Origin: an uncultured Bacteroidales bacterium
GTDB lineage: Bacteria > Bacteroidota > Bacteroidia > Bacteroidales > ML635J-15
Assembly: GCA_964426585.1 (NCBI GenBank)
Contig: CAYRQZ010000005.1
Location: 1-56,132, forward strand
Length of the DNA stretch: 56,132 nt
Reading direction: 5' to 3'
Shown here: positions 8,177 through 16,943 of the stretch, piece after piece
How positions within the stretch are numbered: the stretch's first letter is position 1
Layout: each line of letters opens with the position of its first letter
Notes under the pieces: model-generated
Database searches by the model: none
Told to the model about the DNA's origin: nothing
What the model saw: only the letters and a program-made list of their open reading frames with translations
Program-made: the position numbers and the translations under genes

Positions 8177-9805
8177 ATGAAAGCAATTTTTTACATACTG
8201 TTAATTGTTATTGTTTCAGCCAGCTCTTGTACAATAAATTTGTACACAACAGGCGAATATGACGATGTATATATGTCAAATTCAAATCAAAAAAAAGAAG
8301 TTGTTACAAAAAACAATTCCGTAAATGAAGATAAAACCACTTACGAAGAAACTTATTATTCAGAATTTGGCTCAAATGAACCATACAACTACGATGAAAA
8401 TAATATAAATAATAGTGATTATTATAATCAAAATTCTGATAATAATGAAGGCTACGTTCAAAATAATTACTATTATGGCGATTATTATGAAAATGACTAT
8501 AATGATGGTTATTCTTATTATTTTAATAATTTCAGACACTACTACCCATCTTATTATTACGACCCATTTTATTACGATTGGGGCTGGTCGTGGCATTCGG
8601 GTTGGTACATAGGTTATAATTCTTGGTATTCTCCTTATTATAGACCTTATTACTATTCTTGGCACTACCCTTATTATGGTTATGGCTGGGGTGGCGGATA
8701 TTGGAACGGATATTATAACGGCTATAACGACGGATATTGGAACGGTTTCTGGTGGGGTAATAATAGTAATTATGCTGACAACAACCACAGTTCAGGAAGT
8801 AATAGTGGATATTATGGGCACAGAGGCTCAAGTGGTGGAAATGGTTCTAATTTAGGAAATAACGGTAGAACTCCTTCCGGCTCAAATGGCACAGACCCTG
8901 TTTCAGATGGAAATCTTGGAAGAAACCCAAAAATAGATAGTAATTCCGCAATTCAAAACGTAACAATTTCTAATAAACCAGCTAGAGATGGCAATGAGAA
9001 CGAAGGTAATGGTAAAGTAGTTGGAAGAAAACCTATCGAAGCCAAAACTCCATTAAATATAGCAAACGACAATCTATCAAAAGATAATAATAAAATTCCA
9101 TCTCGCCAACCAATTAGTGTTGAACCTCAATTAAACAATAACGAATCTCCAAAAAAACCTGTTAACACTTTACCCCGAGTTGACGGCTCCTTATCATCTC
9201 AACAAGTTGACCCAAACGCTGGAAGAAATCAATCTAACACTCCCTCAACAAATAATTCTGGTCGTGTAACTATTGATAATAAACCAAAAGAACCCGCTAC
9301 ATATAATAAGCCTGAATATAATTCAAGAAATAATTATAATCAAAACCAAAACACAAATGTTAATTCTGGTTCTCGAACTCCCACAAATAACACTAATCCA
9401 ACAACAAATACAGGAGTTCAACCAACAAGACAGCCAGCAAGCCGTGGGGTAGCAACACCAAGTCAAACTTATTCTCGTCCTTCGAATACCAACACAAATA
9501 GTGGTAGCTTCAATTCGGGCAGTAGCGGGCGTTCAGGTTCTTCAAATAATAGTTCTTCATCTTATCAAAATAGTTCTCATAAACCTAGTTCAAACTCTAA
9601 TAGCTCAAGTTCATCAAATAGAAGCTCTAGTTCTTATAATTCTGGCTCATCAAACAGAAGCTCAAGCTCTTATAGTACTGGGAGTTCTTCTTCAAGTCGA
9701 GGCTCTTCTTCTTCTTCTTCTTCAGGAAGTAGCTCTTCAAGTGGATCAAGAGGTGGTGGCAGTTCTTCAAGTTCTGGGGGCGGAGTTTCAGGAGGTAGAA
9801 GATAA
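8177..9805 (+). CDS. Low-complexity lipoprotein: lipobox, Tyr/Trp/Gly/Asn/Asp-rich block, then Asn/Pro/Thr-rich linker and poly-Ser/Gly C-terminal tail
   Basis: Signal plus lipobox MKAIFYILLIVIVSASSC. Residues about 60-200 read like YYYGDYYENDYNDGYSYY...YYDWGWSWHSGWYIGYNSWYSPYY...GYWNGYYNGYNDGYWNGFWWG. The C-terminus is ...SSNRSSSSYNSGSSNRSSSSYSTGSSSSSRGSSSSSSSGSSSSSGSRGGGSSSSSGGGVSGGRR. Confidence 0.75.
   Translation: MKAIFYILLIVIVSASSCTINLYTTGEYDDVYMSNSNQKKEVVTKNNSVNEDKTTYEETYYSEFGSNEPYNYDENNINNSDYYNQNSDNNEGYVQNNYYYGDYYENDYNDGYSYYFNNFRHYYPSYYYDPFYYDWGWSWHSGWYIGYNSWYSPYYRPYYYSWHYPYYGYGWGGGYWNGYYNGYNDGYWNGFWWGNNSNYADNNHSSGSNSGYYGHRGSSGGNGSNLGNNGRTPSGSNGTDPVSDGNLGRNPKIDSNSAIQNVTISNKPARDGNENEGNGKVVGRKPIEAKTPLNIANDNLSKDNNKIPSRQPISVEPQLNNNESPKKPVNTLPRVDGSLSSQQVDPNAGRNQSNTPSTNNSGRVTIDNKPKEPATYNKPEYNSRNNYNQNQNTNVNSGSRTPTNNTNPTTNTGVQPTRQPASRGVATPSQTYSRPSNTNTNSGSFNSGSSGRSGSSNNSSSSYQNSSHKPSSNSNSSSSSNRSSSSYNSGSSNRSSSSYSTGSSSSSRGSSSSSSSGSSSSSGSRGGGSSSSSGGGVSGGRR
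9611..9682 (+). repeat. Imperfect 2 x 36-nt in-frame tandem repeat (SSNRSSSSYNSG / SSNRSSSSYSTG)
   Basis: tcatcaaatagaagctctagttcttataattctggc followed directly by tcatcaaacagaagctcaagctcttatagtactggg. Confidence 0.85.
9704..9723 (+). repeat. (TCT)6 trinucleotide microsatellite, in frame (Ser run)
   Basis: tcttcttcttcttcttcttc read directly. Position 9704 is the first base of a codon in the 8177 frame. Confidence 0.9.
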
Positions 9806-9819
9806 TTAAACTAATTTTT

Positions 9820-11283
9820 ATGAAAAAAATATTATTTATAGTATTATTAAGCTTTCTTAGTTTTAATTTTATATTTGCTCAAAACGAAATAGACGCCCTA
9901 AGATATTCTTATTTAGTCCCAGGCGGAACAGCTAGATATAACGCAATGGGAGGCTCTTTCGGAGCATTAGGAGCTGATTTGTCGACTATGGGCTTTAATC
10001 CAGCCGGCATTGGCGTATATAAAAGTTCCGAATTTACAATCTCAACAGGATTTGTGCTAAGTCAAGATTTTGCCAATATTAATAATAATAGATCCTCAGA
10101 CTACGACTTAAATTTTAACATTAATAATTTATCGTATTTAGTTTCGGTTCCCACATCTCAAACAACAGGAATTAAAACAGTTAATATTGGAGTTGCATAT
10201 AATCGTTTAAATAATTTTAATGAAAATATTTATATACTTAACCCAAATAGTGAAAATTCTTTTACAGACTGGCTTGCCGCCAAAGGCAACAGAATATTAT
10301 ATTCAGATTTAGGGGCAAAAGACCAATTTTATAGTAAATTAGCTTGGGAAACTTATCTAATAGACCAAAACCTTCCTGATACTCTGTCTTATATATCAGC
10401 ATTTAATGGTAAATATGGAATAGAGCAACGCCAATCAATTTACCAATCCGGAAATCAAGGAACATACGACTTTGCGATGTCAATTAATGTTGACGACAAA
10501 GTGTTTATTGGCGGAAGCTTAGGCATAGTTTCCGTAAATTTTAAAGAGCTTAAAAGATTAGAAGAAGAAGATATTTACGACTCTATACCAGGTTTTAACT
10601 ATTTTTCCTTTAAAGAAAAATTAGAAACTACTGGCACAGGATTAAATTTTAAGTTTGGAGTTTTATTCGCTCCTATTCAATGGATGCGGTTTGGACTAGG
10701 TGTTCATACCCCCACATTCTTTAAACTAAAAGATAATTATTCAACCCAAGCAGAATCTGATTTTGAAGACGCAAATAAATCTTTAACAGAAAATTCGCCG
10801 CAAGGAAGATTTGATTATGAACTTTCGACACCCTTTAGAGCAAATGCAAGTTTTGGTTTAATTTTGGCTAATTCATTTCTTCTGAATATTGATTATGAAT
10901 ACCTTAATTATTCTAAGGCGAAATTGAGAAGTTTTGACTATGGTTTTAATACCGAAAATTTAACTATTGCAAGAGTTTACAATTATGCTACTAACCTTAG
11001 ATTAGGACTAGAATATAAACTTGGAATATTAGCTTTTAGAGCAGGGGCTGCTTATTATGATTCTCCATATAAAAAAGGACATATAAATGAAGATTATAAA
11101 TATTTAGTATATAGTGGCGGCATAGGCTTTAGGACAAAAAGCATCTATTTTGATATCGCTTATTCTTATATCCACAATAATAGAATGTATTTTATGTATG
11201 AAGGCTTAGGCGTGGATAGCCCTGAAACTTCTATTTTACTACAAAGACATAGGCTTGTAACAAGTTTAGGATTCAAGTTTTAA
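9820..11283 (+). CDS. Outer-membrane beta-barrel protein, FadL/TodX/PorV-like (487 aa)
   Basis: Signal peptide ending FAQ. N-terminal DALRYS...GTARYNAMGGSFGALGADLSTMGFNPAGIG motif. Alternating beta-strand pattern throughout and C-terminal ...SLGFKF (terminal Phe). Starts 15 nt after the lipoprotein gene. Confidence 0.6.
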   Translation: MKKILFIVLLSFLSFNFIFAQNEIDALRYSYLVPGGTARYNAMGGSFGALGADLSTMGFNPAGIGVYKSSEFTISTGFVLSQDFANINNNRSSDYDLNFNINNLSYLVSVPTSQTTGIKTVNIGVAYNRLNNFNENIYILNPNSENSFTDWLAAKGNRILYSDLGAKDQFYSKLAWETYLIDQNLPDTLSYISAFNGKYGIEQRQSIYQSGNQGTYDFAMSINVDDKVFIGGSLGIVSVNFKELKRLEEEDIYDSIPGFNYFSFKEKLETTGTGLNFKFGVLFAPIQWMRFGLGVHTPTFFKLKDNYSTQAESDFEDANKSLTENSPQGRFDYELSTPFRANASFGLILANSFLLNIDYEYLNYSKAKLRSFDYGFNTENLTIARVYNYATNLRLGLEYKLGILAFRAGAAYYDSPYKKGHINEDYKYLVYSGGIGFRTKSIYFDIAYSYIHNNRMYFMYEGLGVDSPETSILLQRHRLVTSLGFKF

Positions 11284-11312
11284 ATTTAGTTTATAATAAA
11301 TTTATATTATTT

Positions 11313-11334
11313 GGCACACTGTTTTGTGTGTGTC
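11313..11334 (+). terminator. Weak hairpin after the beta-barrel gene
   Basis: GGCACAC-tgttttgt-GTGTGTC (one G-U pair). The downstream T-run is interrupted. Confidence 0.3.
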
Positions 11335-11468
11335 AAATATTTATTTTTGTATGAAATATCTACAATAAAGTATATTTTTGAGAAAATAGTTAAAACATTT
11401 TCTATTTTAATCCGTATTGACTACGACTAATAACATATTAATAATCTGATATATATCAAAATTAAAAA

Positions 11469-12329
11469 ATGAGACAATTAAAAATTACAAAATCAATTAC
11501 CAACAGGGAGAGTGCTTCTTTGGACAAATACTTACAAGAAATTGGAAGAGAAGAGCTTATATCTGTTGATGAGGAAGTAGAATTAGCCCAACGCATAAAA
11601 CAAGGCGATAGAGTAGCTTTAGAAAAGTTAACTCGTGCCAATTTACGTTTTGTTGTTTCTGTTGCAAAACAGTATCAGAATCAAGGTTTGAGTTTACCAG
11701 ACTTAATTAATGAAGGCAACTTAGGCTTAATGCGGGCAGCCGAAAAATTTGATGAGACAAGGGGCTTTAAATTTATTTCTTATGCGGTTTGGTGGATACG
11801 CCAATCTATTTTGCAAGCTTTGGCAGAACAATCACGTATTGTGCGATTGCCTTTAAATCAAGTAGGTTCATTAAACAAAATTAATAAAGCTTTTTCAAAA
11901 TTTGAACAAGAAAACGAAAGAAAACCTACTTCTGAAGAGTTGGCATCTGCTTTAGATTTGCCAGAAGATAAAGTTAATGATACTTTGCGCGTATCGGGTC
12001 GTCATATCTCAGTAGATGCACCTTTTGTACAAGGTGAAGAAAACTCTTTATTAGATGTTTTAGAAAATACCGATATGCCACATACCGACTCTCAATTAAT
12101 AAAAGAATCATTGGCAAAAGAAATTGAAAGATCCCTAGCCACACTAACCGAAAGAGAAAGAGATATTGTAAAATTATTTTTCGGGATTTCATGTCCAGAA
12201 AAAACTTTAGAAGAGATTGGAGATGAATTTGGTTTAACACGAGAAAGAGTTCGTCAAATAAAAGAAAAAGCAATCAGAAGATTGCGACATTCGTCACGAA
12301 GTAAATTGCTAAAAGGCTATTTAGGATAA
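11469..12329 (+). CDS. rpoD: Primary-type RNA polymerase sigma factor (Bacteroidota sigma-A, 286 aa)
   Basis: [26 protein letters not shown] start, [42 protein letters not shown] and [18 protein letters not shown]. Two TATTTTTG boxes upstream at 11342-11349 and 11373-11380. Confidence 0.9.
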   Translation: MRQLKITKSITNRESASLDKYLQEIGREELISVDEEVELAQRIKQGDRVALEKLTRANLRFVVSVAKQYQNQGLSLPDLINEGNLGLMRAAEKFDETRGFKFISYAVWWIRQSILQALAEQSRIVRLPLNQVGSLNKINKAFSKFEQENERKPTSEELASALDLPEDKVNDTLRVSGRHISVDAPFVQGEENSLLDVLENTDMPHTDSQLIKESLAKEIERSLATLTERERDIVKLFFGISCPEKTLEEIGDEFGLTRERVRQIKEKAIRRLRHSSRSKLLKGYLG

Positions 12330-12333
12330 TAAA

Positions 12334-12361
12334 TAAAAAAGCACTGAAAGGTGCTTTTTTT
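12334..12361. terminator. Bidirectional terminator between rpoD and the convergent glycosyltransferase
   Basis: AAAAAAGCAC-tgaaag-GTGCTTTTTT. Confidence 0.65.
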
Positions 12362-13172
12362 ATTTGTGGAAAAAGACATTATAGCCAAAAGAAAATTTAC
12401 TTAGTTTAAATCTTATCATTAAAGCTTTAAACCAATTAGCCTTATTAGTTTTATGTTCATATTTGTTGGCTAACTCTGTATAAAGTGAGTTTTTTAAGAA
12501 AATATTTTTATCAATTTTATTTCGTCTCCACTCTTCGTTAACCCAATGAATAACATACCACGAACTATCTGGCTCTATATTTTTTATTAAAAATTTTCTG
12601 ATTAAATTCCACGAGTCTGGATTTGAAAACTCTCTAATATAAGAAGTTAAGCCTAATTCTTTTACATTATCTACAAGGATTTGAATTGGTAAATGCCAAT
12701 CCCTATTGTTTTCGTCAACTTTTTCAACAGCTTCTTCGAAACATTTTTTCATTAAAACACTGTTTTTAGGACATTTCATAATGTTGCCAACTAAATCTAA
12801 GTCGTGGTGAGTCCTAAATACATAGTCAGTATCAAAGTCCAAAGGTTTTAAGCAAGTAACGTCCATATCAGTCCACCAACCACCGTTTAAATATAAAAGT
12901 TTATATCTAAAAATATCGCTAAATCCTGCATACGAGCCTTTGCCGTGTCCAAATTGATTTGAATATTTGTACGCAAAAACATTTTTTTGGGGAAAAATGT
13001 CGTTAGCATCTTTTACAATAGTTCCACTAGGAAGCGGAGTTTTTATATCGTTATAAGTCCAAAGAATAAACTCATGCCCATTTTTTAAAAAAGATTTTAT
13101 TGTTAAAATCTCAGTTGCAGAAAGACTCTCGCCTATCCATAATGCGTTTACTGTTTTGTTACTCTCTAACAT
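12360..13172 (-). CDS. Glycosyltransferase, GT32-like (Gly_transf_sug DXD family)
   Basis: FSDIFRYKLLYLNGGWWTDMDVTCLKP (DXD = DMD) and N-terminal ALWIG. Start set to ATG 13172 because a minus-strand TAATTTTG box lies at 13194-13201, inside the ORF-track extension to 13205. Confidence 0.75.
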   Translation of the reverse strand: MLESNKTVNALWIGESLSATEILTIKSFLKNGHEFILWTYNDIKTPLPSGTIVKDANDIFPQKNVFAYKYSNQFGHGKGSYAGFSDIFRYKLLYLNGGWWTDMDVTCLKPLDFDTDYVFRTHHDLDLVGNIMKCPKNSVLMKKCFEEAVEKVDENNRDWHLPIQILVDNVKELGLTSYIREFSNPDSWNLIRKFLIKNIEPDSSWYVIHWVNEEWRRNKIDKNIFLKNSLYTELANKYEHKTNKANWFKALMIRFKLSKFSFGYNVFFHK

Positions 13173-13279
13173 TATTACAGACATTTTCAACAACAAAATT
13201 AACATTTATTTTGGAATTTATGGTTTTATTTATACTTTTTTAATAAAAATTAATTGCACCAATTCTTATTTATAAATAT

Positions 13280-13287
13280 TATATTTG
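13280..13287 (+). promoter_or_regulatory. Bacteroidota -7 box (TATATTTG) for the radical SAM gene
   Basis: TAnnTTTG match 19 nt upstream of ATG 13306. Confidence 0.45.
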
Positions 13288-13305
13288 TGCTTTATATAAT
13301 TTGGA

Positions 13306-14808
13306 ATGAATAGACTAAGTGAATTTTTGAAATATATTTATCAAAAAACCAGTAGATTAAAAGCTCCATTTTTGATTTATCCCAATGCTAAGTATGGAAA
13401 ATACAGATCAGTTTCTAAGGCAAAGATGAAAGAATTTAATAAAATTCGTTATCATGGTCCCAAAAAATTAGCTTGCTATAATCCTTTTGTAAGTATTTTT
13501 TTTAACAGTAGAGGTCAAGCTGTTGTTTGTTGTCGTAACCAAGATGTTGTTTTAGGAACATATCCCAAAAATACTATAAACGAAATGTGGCATGGAAAAA
13601 TAGCTCAGAATATGCGAGAACATTTGTTACACAATGATTTTTCAATGGGTTGCGGTTATTGTCAACATCAATTTAGCACTTCTCGCTTTTTTGGATTGCC
13701 ATCTATGCACGCAGATTATTACGCAAGTACAAAACTGACTTACCCAAAAATTATTGAATTAGAACTGTCTAATACTTGCAATCTGCAATGTGTTATGTGT
13801 TCTGGGCTTGTTTCGTCTTCCATTAGAAAAAATCGAGAAAATTTACCTCCATTAGAAATTCCTTATGATGACAACTTTATTGAACAACTAAAAGAATATT
13901 TACCGCACGCAAAAGAAATTAAGTTTTATGGCGGAGAGGCTTTTTTAATAGACAATTATTATAAAATTTGGGATTTTCTTTTAAAAATAAAATCTAAAGC
14001 AAAACTTCATGTTGTTACTAATGGAACCACTCTAAACGATAAAGTAAAAAATTATCTCAAACATTTGAATTTTACTATTACCGTTTCTTTTGATGCAATG
14101 AATAAAGAGCTGTTTGAGTCTATAAGGCAAGGAGCAAATTTTGAAAAAGTTAAAGCAAATGTTTTAGAGTACAATAAAATTTTGGGCGGAAAAGGTTTAT
14201 CTTTAAGTGTAACCCCTATGAAATCGAATTGTAGAGAAGTTCCCAAAATTATTGACTTTTGCAACACCATGAACGCTACTGTCAATATGTCTTTTGTTGA
14301 AAAACCTGCTGAAATGGCTTTGTGGACTTTGCCTTCAAAAGATTTAGAAGAATTATATGAGTTTTATAAGGCATATAAATTTAAAAGAGTAAAATCTGTA
14401 AATGCCAACTATAATTACAAGGCTTTTGAGCAGTTTGTTAATCAGATTAAAATATACCATAGGGTTAATTCTAAAATCGAAAAAGAATATTTCTCAAACT
14501 TTAGAACAGAGAAAAAAAGTAAGGCTTTATTAAGCACTACTTTGGACTTTGCTATTAAGGAAAATATTTTATTTGAGTCTGATAAACAAGGTATTTATGA
14601 TATAGTTAAAGAAGTTGAAGCAGATTTGTCTGAAACAGCCAAAAAAATATTTTACAATAATTTGGCTATTTTCCTCGAAACTCGCGGACTTACTGCTTTA
14701 AAAGAATTTATGCGACAAGGTTTTGATAAAAAACGCCTTAAAGATTTATTATTAAATTTTTCTTTAGAGTCAAATATTTATAAAAGAGATATTACTAAAT
14801 ATTCTTAG
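13306..14808 (+). CDS. Radical SAM enzyme with an N-terminal SPASM/twitch-like Cys domain and a C-terminal helical extension (500 aa)
   Basis: Canonical CxxxCxxC at C158/C162/C165 (ELSNTCNLQCVMCSG). This is preceded by C57-x17-C75C76-x39-C116-x2-C119 (CYNPFVSIFFNSRGQAVVCC...LGTYPKNTINEMWHG...MGCGYC). GGEAFL glycine motif. About 170 aa of C-terminal sequence has no motif I recognise. Confidence 0.8.
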   Translation: MNRLSEFLKYIYQKTSRLKAPFLIYPNAKYGKYRSVSKAKMKEFNKIRYHGPKKLACYNPFVSIFFNSRGQAVVCCRNQDVVLGTYPKNTINEMWHGKIAQNMREHLLHNDFSMGCGYCQHQFSTSRFFGLPSMHADYYASTKLTYPKIIELELSNTCNLQCVMCSGLVSSSIRKNRENLPPLEIPYDDNFIEQLKEYLPHAKEIKFYGGEAFLIDNYYKIWDFLLKIKSKAKLHVVTNGTTLNDKVKNYLKHLNFTITVSFDAMNKELFESIRQGANFEKVKANVLEYNKILGGKGLSLSVTPMKSNCREVPKIIDFCNTMNATVNMSFVEKPAEMALWTLPSKDLEELYEFYKAYKFKRVKSVNANYNYKAFEQFVNQIKIYHRVNSKIEKEYFSNFRTEKKSKALLSTTLDFAIKENILFESDKQGIYDIVKEVEADLSETAKKIFYNNLAIFLETRGLTALKEFMRQGFDKKRLKDLLLNFSLESNIYKRDITKYS

Positions 14809-14874
14809 ATTATTTTCAAACCTTTCTGTTTTTTCCTTATCTTGTTAGCCTAATAAAGATTATTTTTTAATCAA

Positions 14875-16017
14875 ATGAATACTCGCAGTATTGTGCATAT
14901 TGACTTGGATAGTTTTTACGTTTCGGTGGAGCGCTTATTAAACTCTAATTTAAACGGGAAACCAATAGTAGTTGGCGGGAGTTCCGATAGAGGAGTTGTT
15001 TCGTCTTGCTCGTATGAGGCTAGGGCTTACGGACTTAGGTCGGGAATGTCGTCAAAAAAAGCTAAGTATTTATGTCCCGATGCAATATTTATTCATGGAG
15101 ATATGGAAGTATATTCGCGATATTCACATTTAGTTACTGATATAATTTCGGAAAGTGCTCCTATCTATGAAAAAGCTAGTATTGATGAACACTATCTTGA
15201 TATTAGCGGTTTAGATAAATTTTACAATTCATATAAATGGACACAAGAATTAAGAAATAAAATTATTAAAAATACAGGATTACCAATAAGTTTTGCAGTA
15301 TCTGTTAATAAAACAGTATCAAAAATTGCCACAGGAGAAGTAAAGCCTCTGGGCGAAATTTTTATCGAACAAGCTAAGGTAAATCAATTTTTAGATCCTT
15401 TATCAATTTCAAAAATTCCAATGTTAGGGAATAAAACTTTTGAAATTCTTAATAAAATGGGCTTAAAAACTGTAAAAAACCTTAGAGAAATGCCTATTGA
15501 ACTATTAATTAAATTATTAGGTAAAAATGGGCAGTCAATTTGGGAAAAAGCTAATGGAATTGACAATAGTCCTGTTTTGCCTTACCAAGAACAAAAATCG
15601 ATAAGTAGCGAAACTACTTTTGAACAAGATAGTATTGATATTGGCAAAATGTTGGATATTATTTCGGATATGGTCGTAAAACTTGCCTATAAATTACGAA
15701 AAGATTCATTTTTGTGTTCAAATATTGGAATAAAAATAAAATATTCGGATTTTGACACACACACAATTCAAAAACAAATACCATATTCAGCTTTTGATCA
15801 TCAGTTAATACCTATTGCTAAGGAATTATTTTTAAATTTATACAAACGCAGAGTTATGGTTCGTTTGATAGGTGTTAAATTTTCTAAACTTGTTAGAGGT
15901 ACTCCTCAGTTAAATCTTTTTGAGGACACTAACGAAATGGTAAAACTATATAAAAGTTTAGATGAGATAAGAAATAAATACGGCGAGAAAATTATAAAAA
16001 GAGCCAGCTCATTATAA
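14875..16017 (+). CDS. dinB: DNA polymerase IV (Y-family)
   Basis: IVHIDLDSFYVSVE, SIDEHYLD and SFAVSVNKTVSKIATG motifs. Confidence 0.9.
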   Translation: MNTRSIVHIDLDSFYVSVERLLNSNLNGKPIVVGGSSDRGVVSSCSYEARAYGLRSGMSSKKAKYLCPDAIFIHGDMEVYSRYSHLVTDIISESAPIYEKASIDEHYLDISGLDKFYNSYKWTQELRNKIIKNTGLPISFAVSVNKTVSKIATGEVKPLGEIFIEQAKVNQFLDPLSISKIPMLGNKTFEILNKMGLKTVKNLREMPIELLIKLLGKNGQSIWEKANGIDNSPVLPYQEQKSISSETTFEQDSIDIGKMLDIISDMVVKLAYKLRKDSFLCSNIGIKIKYSDFDTHTIQKQIPYSAFDHQLIPIAKELFLNLYKRRVMVRLIGVKFSKLVRGTPQLNLFEDTNEMVKLYKSLDEIRNKYGEKIIKRASSL

Positions 16018-16037
16018 TTATTACATTTTTGTATAAA

Positions 16038-16616
16038 TTACATAGTATCTATATTGTTGATAGACTCATCTTGCATTAGTGGATAAAACACTTTTATACA
16101 AGAATCTAAGTCAAAATCAATTGAATTAAAAAATATTGGTTTACTTCCTTCTTTATTAATGAGGATATTATTCTTAGTTTGTTTTCTCTTAATAATTTCA
16201 TCTCCCTCATCATTTTTTATCAACAAAATCTGTTTGTCACTAAAAAAGTTTTTAATATTTAACGAATCTAAAGCTATAGCTATTTGCGAAGCATAAAAAA
16301 TCATATCTTCTAGTATAATCGGGTAAGAATTTGGGTGCTTAATTTTAATTTCTTCAACTTCTAAACTATCTGGCCACAAAAAAATAACACAATCTTCTGA
16401 AATAATTAATGTGTCAGAGGCTTTTGTATAACTTTGAATTATCGGATCTTCAAAATATTCATTATTATTTTCTATTTTAGGAAAACTATCTTCGTTATTT
16501 TTGTATATTAATTCTTCTTTATTAGAATCTGTATAGTCAATATGTTTTCCTTCACCTGAATTTACACATGAAATTGTGATGAGTAACAAATAGATAATTG
16601 CAATTCTCTTTAACAT
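16038..16616 (-). CDS. Hypothetical lipoprotein (192 aa)
   Basis: Signal plus lipobox MLKRIAIIYLLLITISC. No other motif. Confidence 0.55.
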   Translation of the reverse strand: MLKRIAIIYLLLITISCVNSGEGKHIDYTDSNKEELIYKNNEDSFPKIENNNEYFEDPIIQSYTKASDTLIISEDCVIFLWPDSLEVEEIKIKHPNSYPIILEDMIFYASQIAIALDSLNIKNFFSDKQILLIKNDEGDEIIKRKQTKNNILINKEGSKPIFFNSIDFDLDSCIKVFYPLMQDESINNIDTM

Positions 16617-16762
16617 ATATAGTAAAATACTAAATATAAATTTATTTCAAAGTTATTATATTTATATTAAACAAAAGCAATTTTTATTTTTTTAATTTAT
16701 GTTTGTCAACAATATTAATAAAAATTTTAGAATAAAATTGGTAAAATAATTATAACAATTTG

Positions 16763-16770
16763 TATATTTG
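16763..16770 (+). promoter_or_regulatory. Bacteroidota -7 box (TATATTTG) in the tnaA leader region
   Basis: TAnnTTTG match 173 nt upstream of tnaA and 23 nt upstream of a 26-codon ORF. Confidence 0.4.
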
Positions 16771-16792
16771 CTTCAATCTGAAAATTCTAAAT

Positions 16793-16873
16793 ATGTTAGA
16801 AAGAAAAATAGCATCAATATTGGCAATTTTTGTTTATTTAAACATAAAGGAAAGAGATTCATATTGCATGTAA
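16793..16873 (+). CDS. Possible 26-aa leader peptide MLERKIASILAIFVYLNIKERDSYCM (speculative)
   Basis: Hand-translated ATG-to-TAA ORF between the -7 box and tnaA. It is followed by a weak AT hairpin (16884-16899) and a T8 run (16903-16910). Confidence 0.2.
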   Translation: MLERKIASILAIFVYLNIKERDSYCM

Positions 16874-16943
16874 TTAAAATACTTTTTAACAAGTTAAAAT
16901 CGTTTTTTTTATTTATTTTTTTAATTAATTAAAATTTAGAATT

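Noticed and set aside
9400-9805. T9SS C-terminal sorting domain or collagen-like repeat in the Ser-rich tail
   Set aside because: The tail is nearly pure Ser/Gly/Asn/Arg, with no beta-sandwich CTD pattern and no Gly-X-Y periodicity.
8372-9809. Four ORFs in other frames (8372-8788 -, 8415-8612 +, 8532-8831 -, 9501-9809 +)
   Set aside because: They are by-products of the low-complexity repetitive coding sequence of the 8177-9805 gene. Their products are Ile/Val/Thr or Leu/Val/Gln homopolymer-like.
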